A DNA stretch of 64,000 bases from Methanomassiliicoccales archaeon UBA280. Lineage in GTDB: Archaea > Thermoplasmatota > Thermoplasmata > SG8-5. The notes below the pieces were generated by a model. It was given only the letters and a program-made list of their open reading frames with translations. It ran no database searches and had not been told where the DNA came from. The DNA lies in assembly GCA_002499085.1 (NCBI GenBank), contig DAKD01000016.1:88880-152879 (forward strand). The letters are read 5' to 3'. This document shows positions 54,815-63,959 of this stretch, in pieces; within the stretch, counting starts at the first letter, position 1; each line of letters opens with the position of its first letter. The position numbers and the translations under genes are program-made.

Positions 54815-56506
54815 ATGGGAATGAAGCAGTCGATGATGTCAAAGATGCTAAGGAGCAAATCCCAGACGCTCAAAGTCAAGGTTCCGAAGGGCGTGATAGC
54901 CCTCGAGAAGAAATGGAAGGACGGCAAAGGCTCGCCGCTCTGCCCCATACCGGACATCACAACCCCGGGCATAGATGAGATAGAGATTTACACCATAAAG
55001 GAACCCTACAGCTATGCCAGGATAGTGTTTGACAACAACAACTCTGAATTCGTGTACCAGGTTCATGAACCCTCGCTCAACGAAGCCGAAGCGGAAGTCC
55101 TCAGGCTGATCAAGGATTCGCTCCAAAGGACGCTCGAGTATGAGCTGGACAAAATGGCCATTAAGGACAAGAGCGAGTACCTGAAGAAAAGCGTTGAGAG
55201 CTTCATAAAGAGCAGAGAGATGCGGCTCGAACCCGTGACAATCCAGAAGATTCACTATTATATCGCCAGGGACTTTGTCGGGTATGGTTCTGTCGACTCG
55301 CTCATGGGTGACCAGTACATCGAAGACATATCGTGCGACGGGACAAACGTACCGCTTTTCATTTATCACCAGAAATACGAGTCGATAAAGACAGACATCA
55401 AGTTCCAGGAGGAGAAGGACCTGAACAGCTTCGTCATCTACCTGGGACAGAGATGCGGCAAGCAGGTGTCCGTGTCTGCCCCCATCCTGGACGGGACCAC
55501 CGTCGAAGGGCACAGAGTACAGGCCACCTACGGGACCGAGGTCACCACAAGGGGCTCATCCTTCACAATCAGGCGTTACAAGGAGAAACCCTTCACTCCG
55601 GTTGAACTTATCACGTACGGCACGGCATCGCCGGAAATGGTTGCCTATGCCTGGATGCTTGTCGAGCATGGCCAATCCATGATCATTGCCGGCGGGACAG
55701 CAAGCGGCAAAACAGCCACGCTAAACGCGCTCGCGCTGTTCATCAGGCCCGGTGCCAAGGTCATCACGATGGAGGACACCAGGGAGATAAACCTGCCTCA
55801 CGAGAACTGGATACCCGGAACAACCAGGACCGGTGTCGGAGAGCGCGACAAAAGCGGAAAGGCCGCCGGCGAGATAAACATGTTCGAGCTTGTCAGGGCA
55901 GCGCTGAGGCAGAGGCCGGAATACATCATTGTCGGAGAAGTGAGGGGCGCGGAGACCGCCACCATGTTCCAGGCGATGGCAACAGGCCACACCACATATT
56001 CCACGATGCACGCGGACTCTGTCAAGAGCATGATCAACAGGCTTGAGAACCCGCCCATCAGCACGCCGAGGATTCTGCTCACATCCCTGAACTTCGTCAT
56101 CATCCAGAAGCATGTCAGGGTCGGCGACAGCATTGTCAGGCGCATAGTCCAGATTGTAGAACTGGTGGGATTCGAGCCCGAGACCAACGAGGTCATAACG
56201 AACATGGTCTACGAATGGAACCAGCGCACAGATGCGTTCATCTACAAGGGGCACAGCTTCATTCTTGACCAGATAATGGAAATGAAGAACATGACCCACG
56301 AGGAGATGAACACCGAGATGAAGAGGCGCGTCGACATCGTGAAGTACCTGGTGGAGAAGGACATCACCGACTTCAAGCTCATTTCCAACCTGGTTGTCGC
56401 CTATTACAAGGAACCCATGGAAACGATACAGAAGATAAGGGACGAGATGGGATGGATTACGGAAGAGAGCCTCGTGACCGACGGGGGTGCGAAGATTGGC
56501 GCATGA
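54815..56506 (+). CDS. type IV pilus / Tad-like secretion ATPase (FlaI/TadA/VirB11 superfamily), paralog 1
   Basis: Walker A IIAGGTASGKTATLNAL. Asp box IITMEDTREINLP. Walker B YIIVGEVRGAE. His box MATGHTTYSTMHADS. FlaI-like N-terminal domain of about 200 aa. Confidence 0.85.
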   Translation: MGMKQSMMSKMLRSKSQTLKVKVPKGVIALEKKWKDGKGSPLCPIPDITTPGIDEIEIYTIKEPYSYARIVFDNNNSEFVYQVHEPSLNEAEAEVLRLIKDSLQRTLEYELDKMAIKDKSEYLKKSVESFIKSREMRLEPVTIQKIHYYIARDFVGYGSVDSLMGDQYIEDISCDGTNVPLFIYHQKYESIKTDIKFQEEKDLNSFVIYLGQRCGKQVSVSAPILDGTTVEGHRVQATYGTEVTTRGSSFTIRRYKEKPFTPVELITYGTASPEMVAYAWMLVEHGQSMIIAGGTASGKTATLNALALFIRPGAKVITMEDTREINLPHENWIPGTTRTGVGERDKSGKAAGEINMFELVRAALRQRPEYIIVGEVRGAETATMFQAMATGHTTYSTMHADSVKSMINRLENPPISTPRILLTSLNFVIIQKHVRVGDSIVRRIVQIVELVGFEPETNEVITNMVYEWNQRTDAFIYKGHSFILDQIMEMKNMTHEEMNTEMKRRVDIVKYLVEKDITDFKLISNLVVAYYKEPMETIQKIRDEMGWITEESLVTDGGAKIGA

Positions 56507-57509
56507 GACACAGGACACCTTCAAGAAGCTCGAGACGAAGGACAGGCACCTCAAGACGAAGAAATCAAGGGAGGAAGCGGTCGCAGAACCGCATCTGATA
56601 AGGCTGCCCAAGGGCGCGGTTCCCGAGTACATCAAACTCTCTCCGTTCGAAGAGATGAGCTGGCGCGTGATGGGCAATTATGTCAAGTCCAAGTACACGG
56701 AGGACCAGGAGCTCGAGGAAAACCTCATGAAGGCCCACATGAAGATAAGGCCGGAGGAGTACATGGCCTTTGTCTACATGGCTGCAGCGGTCCTGTTCGG
56801 GGTCGCGCTCGTGGCCGGCATAGCCATCGCCCTGGTCTTCACTTTTCTGATGGACATGATGTTCATAGGCATTCTTCTGGCAATAGCGATGCCCATAGGC
56901 CTTCCCATCATGGCGCTTGTTGTGCTGAAGGGCTCGCCCGGCGGAAAGGCCAAGGCAAGGGCCAGGAACATCGACAAGAGAATCTCCTCCGCAATGAGCT
57001 TCATATCCGCAATGGCCTCGGCGAACGTGCCCGTTGACATGGTGTTCAAGGAGCTCTCAAGACAGCCTGTGTACGGGGAGATCCAGAAGGAGGCCGAATG
57101 GATAACCAGGGACACGGAACTGCTGGGCATCGATATCCTTACGGCCATCAAGAGGGGCGCGATGCGTTCCCCATCACAGAAATTCCAGGATTTCCTTCAG
57201 GGCGTGGTCACGACCTCGACATCAGGAGGCCAGCTCAAGCCCTATTTCCTGCTCAAAGCGACAGAGTACGAGAAAGAGAACAAACTCATACTCAAGAGCA
57301 CCATGGAAACGCTTTCCATGCTCGGAGAAAGCTACGTCACTGTGGTGGTGGCGTTCCCGCTGTTCCTGGTGGTCATATTGGCCATCATGGCCATCATCGG
57401 CGGGAATTCGGCCAACACCCTGATGATTCTGTACGCTGTCGTGGGATTGATGATCCCCCTCGCGCAGTTCGGATTCATCTTCGTGGTGTGGAACATAGGC
57501 CAGGAGTGA
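56487..57509 (+). CDS. T2SS-F domain membrane platform protein (TadB/FlaJ-half-like), 1 of 2
   Basis: 340-aa ORF overlapping the ATPase stop. TM helices FVYMAAAVLFGVALVAGIAIALVF, GILLAIAMPIGLPIMALVVL, VVVAFPLFLVVILAIMAIIGG. A single T2SS-F-like cytoplasmic domain. Confidence 0.65.
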   Translation: MRRLAHETQDTFKKLETKDRHLKTKKSREEAVAEPHLIRLPKGAVPEYIKLSPFEEMSWRVMGNYVKSKYTEDQELEENLMKAHMKIRPEEYMAFVYMAAAVLFGVALVAGIAIALVFTFLMDMMFIGILLAIAMPIGLPIMALVVLKGSPGGKAKARARNIDKRISSAMSFISAMASANVPVDMVFKELSRQPVYGEIQKEAEWITRDTELLGIDILTAIKRGAMRSPSQKFQDFLQGVVTTSTSGGQLKPYFLLKATEYEKENKLILKSTMETLSMLGESYVTVVVAFPLFLVVILAIMAIIGGNSANTLMILYAVVGLMIPLAQFGFIFVVWNIGQE

Positions 57510-57513
57510 TAAA

Positions 57514-58626
57514 ATGGCAATGAGCAAGGATGAGATGAAGAAGGTCGTGATGGCCCAGAAACGGGATTACACCAGGCTCATCCTTGCCGTGAGCGGCGCC
57601 GTGTTCGCCCTGTTCCTGGTATTCGCCATGTTGAACCTCACGGACCAGGTTGACTGGTCACTGAAACAGCTCCCCACCACCGACCTTAACGAGAACGGCG
57701 TCATCGACAGGCCATACGAAGTGGGTCTGGACACCAACGAGAACGGCATCATAGACTCGGGGGACGTGTTCGACGGCCATGATTCCGGGGACCCTTGGGA
57801 CTTGGACGGGGACGGCGATAGAACCGAGATGGACGGGATCCCCGACCAAGCGCAATCGCCTTTGCAGCGGATGCTCAATTTCATTTTCATAGGTCTGGGC
57901 TTCATGATAGGTCCGTATGCGTTCTACTCCTCGAAAAAGCAGCAGAACATCAAGGAAATCGAGAGAAGGCTTCCGGACTTCCTCAGAGATGTGGCCGAAG
58001 CCGGAAGGTTCGGCATGACGCTTGCCGACGCGATAGTGGTCGCGTCCTCGGGCAGATACGGCGACCTCACCCCGGAGATTAAGAAGATGGCCGCCCAGAT
58101 CGAATGGGGCGTCACCGCCGGGGAAACCCTGAGGCTGTTCTCGGAGCGGGTGAATACCCCGCTGGTCAAGAGAGTGGTGACGATTGTCGTGAAGGCGAGC
58201 GACGCAGGCGGCAGCGTTGCGGACGTTCTCTCGATGGTCGCGCATGACACCAAGGAGGAGCAGTTCTCGGCGGCCGAGAGGAGGCTCCAGATGAGCACAT
58301 ATCTCGCTGTCATCTACATCTCTTTCTTCGTGTTCCTGGTGACCATAATCATCCTGAACCTCACTTTCCTGCCCAAGATAAGGATTGCCGGAACCAATGT
58401 GGCCGCGGCAGCGGCCGCGGCAGGCATCGAGGGCGGAGTGGGCGGGGCATCGCTGGACGTTAGCGCGATTCCGATGATACAGATCGCGTTCTTCCTTGCC
58501 GTCATGGCGCACGCCATCGGCGACGGCATCATGGCCGGCGTCCTGCAGACAGGAAGCGTGGCCGACGGCATGCGTCACAGCGTTATCATGCTCATTATGG
58601 GATTCCTAATACTGACGGTGATGTAG
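57514..58626 (+). CDS. T2SS-F domain membrane platform protein (TadC/FlaJ-half-like), 2 of 2, with extracytoplasmic EF-hand/dockerin-like Ca-binding insertion
   Basis: T2SS-F-like segment VKASDAGGSVADVLSMVAHDTKEEQFSAAERRLQMSTYLAVIYISFFVF. Insertion DLNENGVIDRPYEVGLDTNENGIIDSGDVFDGHDSGDPWDLDGDGDRTEMDGIPD (57679-57850) after the first TM helix. Confidence 0.65.
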   Translation: MAMSKDEMKKVVMAQKRDYTRLILAVSGAVFALFLVFAMLNLTDQVDWSLKQLPTTDLNENGVIDRPYEVGLDTNENGIIDSGDVFDGHDSGDPWDLDGDGDRTEMDGIPDQAQSPLQRMLNFIFIGLGFMIGPYAFYSSKKQQNIKEIERRLPDFLRDVAEAGRFGMTLADAIVVASSGRYGDLTPEIKKMAAQIEWGVTAGETLRLFSERVNTPLVKRVVTIVVKASDAGGSVADVLSMVAHDTKEEQFSAAERRLQMSTYLAVIYISFFVFLVTIIILNLTFLPKIRIAGTNVAAAAAAAGIEGGVGGASLDVSAIPMIQIAFFLAVMAHAIGDGIMAGVLQTGSVADGMRHSVIMLIMGFLILTVM

Positions 58627-58628
58627 AA

Positions 58629-60326
58629 ATGGCGGACGCAGCGGCTGAGATGCAGGAAGAGACCCTTGATGTCAGGAAGAAGGGGCCGGGCGCACTCGGA
58701 AACATGAAGAAATCCTACATGAAGAAGCTTGCGGGCAAGAAGGCCATGAAGATAGTGGCGCCCGTCGGCTCCCAGCAAGCCGAAAGGAAGCTGGTCGAAG
58801 GCGTCACGACAATACCGAAGATAGTCGAGAAGCACATCAGGGAGATCGAAATACAGCCTGTCATCGACGGCTATTCCTATGTCAGAATCAAATATGACAA
58901 TATCTCCAACGATTACATGTACGAGGTCATTGAACCGAGGCTCACGGAGGAAGAGGAGGACATCCTCGAGGTTCTCAAGGAGACGCTGATTGACTCGCTC
59001 GAGATGCTTGTGGACGCGAAAAAGGAGGAGAAGGAAGAATATCTCAGGAAAGCCATAGAGACCCTCCTGGCCGACATAGGTGTGAGCCTGAACCCGATCT
59101 CAAGGGAGCGCGTGACCTATTACATACTCCGCGACTTCCTCAGGTACGGAGCCATTGACGTTGCGATGATCGACCCCCAGGTGGAGGACTGCTCCTGCGA
59201 CGGCATGAACGTCCCGCTGTACATATTCCACAGGAAGTACGGCTCGATCCAGTCAAATCTCAGATTCAAGACATCCGAGGAGCTGGACGGCTTCGTCGTA
59301 TGGCTTGCCCAGCGCTGCGGCAAGCACATCTCCGTGGCAGAGCCCATGCTTGACGCCACGATACCGGACGGCTCGAGGCTGCAGGCGACTCTGGGGACGC
59401 ATGTCACAAAGCGCGGCTCGTCGTTCACCATCAGGAGGTTCAGGGAGAACCCGTTCACGCCCCTGGACATGATACGGTTCAAAACAATGTCCCTGGACAT
59501 GATGGCCTATCTGTGGCTCTGCATAGAGAACGGCAAGTCCATTCTCGTGTGCGGAGGCACTGCGAGCGGAAAGACCACGACTCTCAATGCAGTCCTGCTG
59601 TTCATCCCGCCGCAGATGAAGATAGTCAGCATCGAGGACACAAGGGAACTTAACTTACCGCATGAGAACTGGGTGCCCCTGCTCACCAGGCACGGCTTCG
59701 GGGGCAAGGACGCCTCCGGGAAAGCAGCCGGAGAGATTGACATGTTCGAGCTTCTCACGGCCGCGCTGAGGCAGCGCCCCCAGTACATGATGGTCGGTGA
59801 GGTCAGAGGCTCGGAAGCCTATGTCGTCTTCCAGGCCATGGCGACGGGCAAGAGCGCTTACACAACTTTCCACGCGGAAAGCGTCCAGGCCATGGTTCAC
59901 AGGATGGAGCAGCCTCCCATCGAGGTTCCCCGCGCCTTGCTGAGCGCCCTCAACATGGTTCTGATACAGGCCCAGGTCAAGGTGGGCACGAAGATGACCA
60001 GGCGCGTCAAATCGCTGACTGAGGTGGTGGGCATTGACCCGGACAACAACGAGCTGATAACAAATTCGGTCTATGTTTGGAACCCTGCGGACGACACCTT
60101 CAACTACTCAGGCCACAGCTACATCTACGAGCAGATAGCCGTGACAAAGGGCTGGAGCCAGCGCGAGATGATGCGAGAGGTGAAACGCCGCACAAGGCTT
60201 CTCCAGTACCTGCGGAGCAAGAACGTCAGCTACAAGAACATGGCCAAGTACGTCTCGGCCTATTACAAGGACCCGGACAAGGTCATGAGGGAAGTCGACG
60301 ACTCGGGATTCGTGGCCGAGGAATAG
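58629..60326 (+). CDS. type IV pilus / Tad-like secretion ATPase (FlaI/TadA superfamily), paralog 2
   Basis: Walker A LVCGGTASGKTTTLNAV. Asp box IVSIEDTRELNLP. Walker B YMMVGEVRGSEA. His box MATGKSAYTTFHAES. Collinear with paralog 1 (motifs shared, sequences diverged). Confidence 0.85.
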   Translation: MADAAAEMQEETLDVRKKGPGALGNMKKSYMKKLAGKKAMKIVAPVGSQQAERKLVEGVTTIPKIVEKHIREIEIQPVIDGYSYVRIKYDNISNDYMYEVIEPRLTEEEEDILEVLKETLIDSLEMLVDAKKEEKEEYLRKAIETLLADIGVSLNPISRERVTYYILRDFLRYGAIDVAMIDPQVEDCSCDGMNVPLYIFHRKYGSIQSNLRFKTSEELDGFVVWLAQRCGKHISVAEPMLDATIPDGSRLQATLGTHVTKRGSSFTIRRFRENPFTPLDMIRFKTMSLDMMAYLWLCIENGKSILVCGGTASGKTTTLNAVLLFIPPQMKIVSIEDTRELNLPHENWVPLLTRHGFGGKDASGKAAGEIDMFELLTAALRQRPQYMMVGEVRGSEAYVVFQAMATGKSAYTTFHAESVQAMVHRMEQPPIEVPRALLSALNMVLIQAQVKVGTKMTRRVKSLTEVVGIDPDNNELITNSVYVWNPADDTFNYSGHSYIYEQIAVTKGWSQREMMREVKRRTRLLQYLRSKNVSYKNMAKYVSAYYKDPDKVMREVDDSGFVAEE

Positions 60327-60419
60327 ACATAACTTTTACAGATGGTTGAGAACCAAATTCTGTGCGGGAGTCGGCAGACTGCCCTCCCCAGTTTAGATAA
60401 TCCATAAAAATGGTAAAGG

Positions 60420-60452
60420 TGGGAGCCGGTATCCGGCTCCCATTCTCGTTTA
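60420..60452. terminator. hairpin between convergent genes (possible bidirectional terminator)
   Basis: gggagccgg tat ccggctccc followed by attctcgttt. Lies between the ATPase stop (60326) and the stop of the minus-strand gene (60450). Confidence 0.4.
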
Positions 60453-63400
60453 CTGTTGGGGCTGGTCGCCGCCCGGCTCGCCCGGCCTTCTGACGATCTT
60501 CTTTATCGGCTTCCGTATGACGCGTCTGACTTCGCCGCCTGCCTGGGGCTGAGAGAAGTCATAGTTGCATATCGGGCATATTTTCTCGTTGGCGTTGACT
60601 TCCATGCCGCAGGACGGACAGCCCTTCTTTCCGGGCGTTCCCTGAGGTGCGGCCTGCTGGGCCGGAACAGGCGCAGCGGGTGCGGGCTGAGGCCGCGGCT
60701 GCTGCTGTGCGGGCTGCGGTGCGGGTTGGGCCGGTGCCTGCTGGGGTTTCGGCTGGGGCTGGGCAGCCGGCTTCGCCTCCTGCTTGGGCGGGAGCTTGCC
60801 CTCCGGCTTCTTGGGCGTCGTGTCTCCCATGACGCTGCCGCACTTGTGGCATATCTTGGCCGTGACCGAGTTCTCCATCTCGCAGACAGGGCAGGGCTTC
60901 GAGCCCATGCGCTTCATCTCCTCCTCCTCCTTCAACCACTGGTCGAAGGTGATGAATGTGGGTTTCGATGCCCACCAGGCCTGGAACTCCGTCTCCGTGA
61001 ACTCCGCGCCGAGTTCCTTCTTTGCATCGTTGCGGAACTTCCTGACAATGTCATCATACTGGCGCTTCATCTTCGCCTCGTAGTCGTCAAGGTCCTCAGT
61101 GCCGACAGTGAATTCCGTGCCGCAGTCCGGACAGTTCTTCACGTCGATGGGCACCCAGGCTCCGCACACGCTGCACTTGGCGACCTCGGTCTCGAACTCC
61201 ACGCCGCACTTCGGGCACTTCTTGGCGCCCTCGGGGATGAATGCGCCGCATTCACCGCACTGCACAGTCTTTCCGAGTCCGACGAAGTACAGGTAGAGCG
61301 TTATGCCGACGATTATCGCGACGACGATGATTATTATCAGTATTATTATCCACCAGGGGAATATCACCGAGGGGTCTATCCTGAACCAGCTGGTTGCCGA
61401 ATTTACCCCCTCGCCGGACACGGTCACTGTGTAGTTGCCGGTGGCTGAGACCTGGACGGTTGTGCTGTAGAATCCTCCTGACTGCGATGTGACGTATACC
61501 GGGTCCATGCCCTGCACGGTCACTGTCACAGGGATGTCAGCCACTCCCAGGCTCGGGCTGTCCTGCCTGACGATATATCCGGATATCTGGATGGTTTGGA
61601 CCTCTCCTTCCTTGTAAATCTGCGTCCATTCGGTGCCGATTGCTATCGGCGATGGAAGCGCAATGGTTGCCATCAGCGGCGGTATTGTGGCTGTCACGGA
61701 GAAAGACACATTGTTGTTCCTCTCGTTCCTTTCCTCGATATTGCCTATGAGCGGGGTAACGCCGTCGTAATCGATCTCGTCGGTGTTGTTGAGCTCCGTG
61801 TCCACGAATATGAACAGGCTGCGCTGTCCCGCGTCGACGCCAGTGCAGCTGATCGTGAAAGTCTCAATCTCTCCGGCAACCAGTGTCGCAACCGTTGTGT
61901 TTCCTATCCTGCCGATCGGCGTCCTGCGGCCCTGGTTCCAGGCCGTCCTCGAGCTGTTGTAATTGTCCATGCTCGAATACACGTCAATGGCCACTTTGCT
62001 GGCTATCGAGAGGCCCCTGTTAATCACAGTCACGTTGAGGCTGAAAGCTGTGTTGCCTGTGATTTCGGTTGCGCCGTTTGCCAACTCAACCTCCGACGGC
62101 TCCAGGTCGGGCCTGCTGTCCCGCACTGTAAGGGTATCGCTCATCGTGTTGCTCACGAGGCCCGGGTTGCCGTATGCTATCGCGTTGATGGTGCGCACTT
62201 CCTCTCTTGCGTTGGTCAGCACTTTCCAGGTGCATGTGGCGTAGGCATAGTTGCCCGTGCTTATGCTCGGGATGGCCGCGGATGTGTTTATGAGGTTGGC
62301 AGTTATCGGGGCACCATCGTAGAATCTGACATACACGCTGCCGGCATGCAGGTCGCCCAGGTTGCGGACCATTGCCCTCAGCGTGACTGTCGTCCTGTTG
62401 TCTGTGCTGTTCAGCACGGTGCCGCCGCCGTTGGCGATCTGGACCAGGTTCGTGCCTTCCACCACGTCCAGGGCCTGAATGATCAGGTCAGCGTCGTCAT
62501 AGACGCGCAGGCTGAGAGGCCACATGGTGTTGTTGTTGTTGTTCTCGTTCACCTCGGATATGCCGTTGAGCGGGTCGATGTAAGCCTCTATCATGTAAGT
62601 CCCGTTGTCCTCGAAGGTTACTGGTATTGAGACGACCGTCGGCATTGTCGGGTTCGCCGGGACCTCGGTTGCGTTCGCGCTTCCGAGCCATTCGCCGTTC
62701 GCGTAGAACCAGACCATCACGCCAGTCGCGTTTATGTCTCCCTGGTTCCAGATATTGGCCGAGATCGTGAACTCCTGGTTCGTCTGCGGGTAGGTCCGGG
62801 AGGACCAGACGTCCGTGTACTGGAGCATCGCAAGGTCAGCCTGGGATGTCACCTCTATCCAGGTGTAGTTGTCGTTGTTTGTCTCGTCCTGTTCCGGTAT
62901 TGATCCCGGCGCAGGGTCAACCTTCACTGTGATGTTGTGCATTCCTATCTGGGTGACGCTCAGCCAGGTGTAGGGGAACGAGATCGGCCAGTTGCCGCCC
63001 GGGGCGAGCGTGCTTATGGTCTCCGTGTAAATCTGAGTGGCCTGGCCGTTGAATATGTCCTCGAACCTGACAACTATTCCGTTCGCTGTGGCATCGCCGA
63101 TGTTGGATATCGTGCTGTTTATCAGCACCGTGTTGCCGCGGCCCACCGCGGACCCTGTATCGAGAGGCCATACCGTGAGCGGCGGGTCCAGGTCCGGAAG
63201 CACATTCCTGAGGTAGACGCTCCTCTTGGCTGTCGCATCGCTGGTTCCCATCGACGGGAATGCGGCAAGCCCGAGCCCGGTCGTGTCTGTGTGCAATATT
63301 CCTGAGAACAGCTGGTACTCCGTGTAGAGTGTGTACAGATTGTAATGCGATTCCACGACCTCCGAGGCTGCAGGGCTGTAGTAGAGATAGTCGCTCAGCG

Positions 63401-63959
63401 CGTACGTGAGGTACACGCCTGCGGAGTTCGTGGTACCGGCCCTGTTGAGCATCGTCCCCAGCCCGGTGTACTGCGTCGTTATCCAGACATCCGCGTTCGG
63501 GAGCGTCTTGGCCGGTGTCTGGCCGTTGTAGACAGTCACCTCTGCCCACCTGTAGTTCCATACCTTGGCCGAATCCATCGGCTCGACCTTGAAGTTGGGC
63601 GAAAGCGGCGAGTAGCAGCCTATCAGCCTCACTTCGGTTGTGCCGTACAGGTCATTGAGGTTTCGACCGAACATGGTGCTCCAGGCATTCAGCCTGACGT
63701 TCGTGCCGGCCTCGTCGGCCGTGTCGAACTGCCCGCCTATCTCGCTCCTGTTGAATAACACCTGGACATTGTCCTTCGCCAGTATATCTATCACGTTAGT
63801 CGTGGTGGAGTCTATCATTGTGAATGCCGCGTTATCTTCGAGCGTGATCATCATGTACAGGCTGTTCTGGGTTCTCAGGTCCACATTGTCCAGAATGAGC
63901 TGGCCAGAGTCCCTCACCGTTATATGGAAGGGCGCCGCTCCGGTGGGGGACATCATCAT
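60450..63959 (-). CDS. single-pass membrane protein: large CARDB-repeat ectodomain, TM helix, cytoplasmic tail with four zinc-ribbon motifs and PQ-rich low-complexity region (N-terminus probably beyond window)
   Basis: TM WWIIILIIIIVVAIIVGITLYLYFVG. Cytoplasmic CGECG..CPKCG, CSVCG..CPDCG, CPVCE..CHKCG, CPSCG..CPICN. PQPKPQQAPAQPAPQPAQQQPRPQP stretch. Ectodomain repeats with a CARDB-like pattern (ADLAMLQYTDV...FTISANIWNQGDINATGVMVWFYANG). No signal peptide at the listed start, so the ORF likely continues upstream. Confidence 0.7.
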   Translation of the reverse strand: MMMSPTGAAPFHITVRDSGQLILDNVDLRTQNSLYMMITLEDNAAFTMIDSTTTNVIDILAKDNVQVLFNRSEIGGQFDTADEAGTNVRLNAWSTMFGRNLNDLYGTTEVRLIGCYSPLSPNFKVEPMDSAKVWNYRWAEVTVYNGQTPAKTLPNADVWITTQYTGLGTMLNRAGTTNSAGVYLTYALSDYLYYSPAASEVVESHYNLYTLYTEYQLFSGILHTDTTGLGLAAFPSMGTSDATAKRSVYLRNVLPDLDPPLTVWPLDTGSAVGRGNTVLINSTISNIGDATANGIVVRFEDIFNGQATQIYTETISTLAPGGNWPISFPYTWLSVTQIGMHNITVKVDPAPGSIPEQDETNNDNYTWIEVTSQADLAMLQYTDVWSSRTYPQTNQEFTISANIWNQGDINATGVMVWFYANGEWLGSANATEVPANPTMPTVVSIPVTFEDNGTYMIEAYIDPLNGISEVNENNNNNTMWPLSLRVYDDADLIIQALDVVEGTNLVQIANGGGTVLNSTDNRTTVTLRAMVRNLGDLHAGSVYVRFYDGAPITANLINTSAAIPSISTGNYAYATCTWKVLTNAREEVRTINAIAYGNPGLVSNTMSDTLTVRDSRPDLEPSEVELANGATEITGNTAFSLNVTVINRGLSIASKVAIDVYSSMDNYNSSRTAWNQGRRTPIGRIGNTTVATLVAGEIETFTISCTGVDAGQRSLFIFVDTELNNTDEIDYDGVTPLIGNIEERNERNNNVSFSVTATIPPLMATIALPSPIAIGTEWTQIYKEGEVQTIQISGYIVRQDSPSLGVADIPVTVTVQGMDPVYVTSQSGGFYSTTVQVSATGNYTVTVSGEGVNSATSWFRIDPSVIFPWWIIILIIIIVVAIIVGITLYLYFVGLGKTVQCGECGAFIPEGAKKCPKCGVEFETEVAKCSVCGAWVPIDVKNCPDCGTEFTVGTEDLDDYEAKMKRQYDDIVRKFRNDAKKELGAEFTETEFQAWWASKPTFITFDQWLKEEEEMKRMGSKPCPVCEMENSVTAKICHKCGSVMGDTTPKKPEGKLPPKQEAKPAAQPQPKPQQAPAQPAPQPAQQQPRPQPAPAAPVPAQQAAPQGTPGKKGCPSCGMEVNANEKICPICNYDFSQPQAGGEVRRVIRKPIKKIVRRPGEPGGDQPQQ

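Noticed and set aside
55721-56677. 318-aa minus-strand ORF across the ATPase-1 / platform junction, and 57658-58578 (306 aa) antisense to the TadC-like gene
   Set aside because: Antisense to genes with unambiguous Walker/T2SS-F motifs. No independent support.
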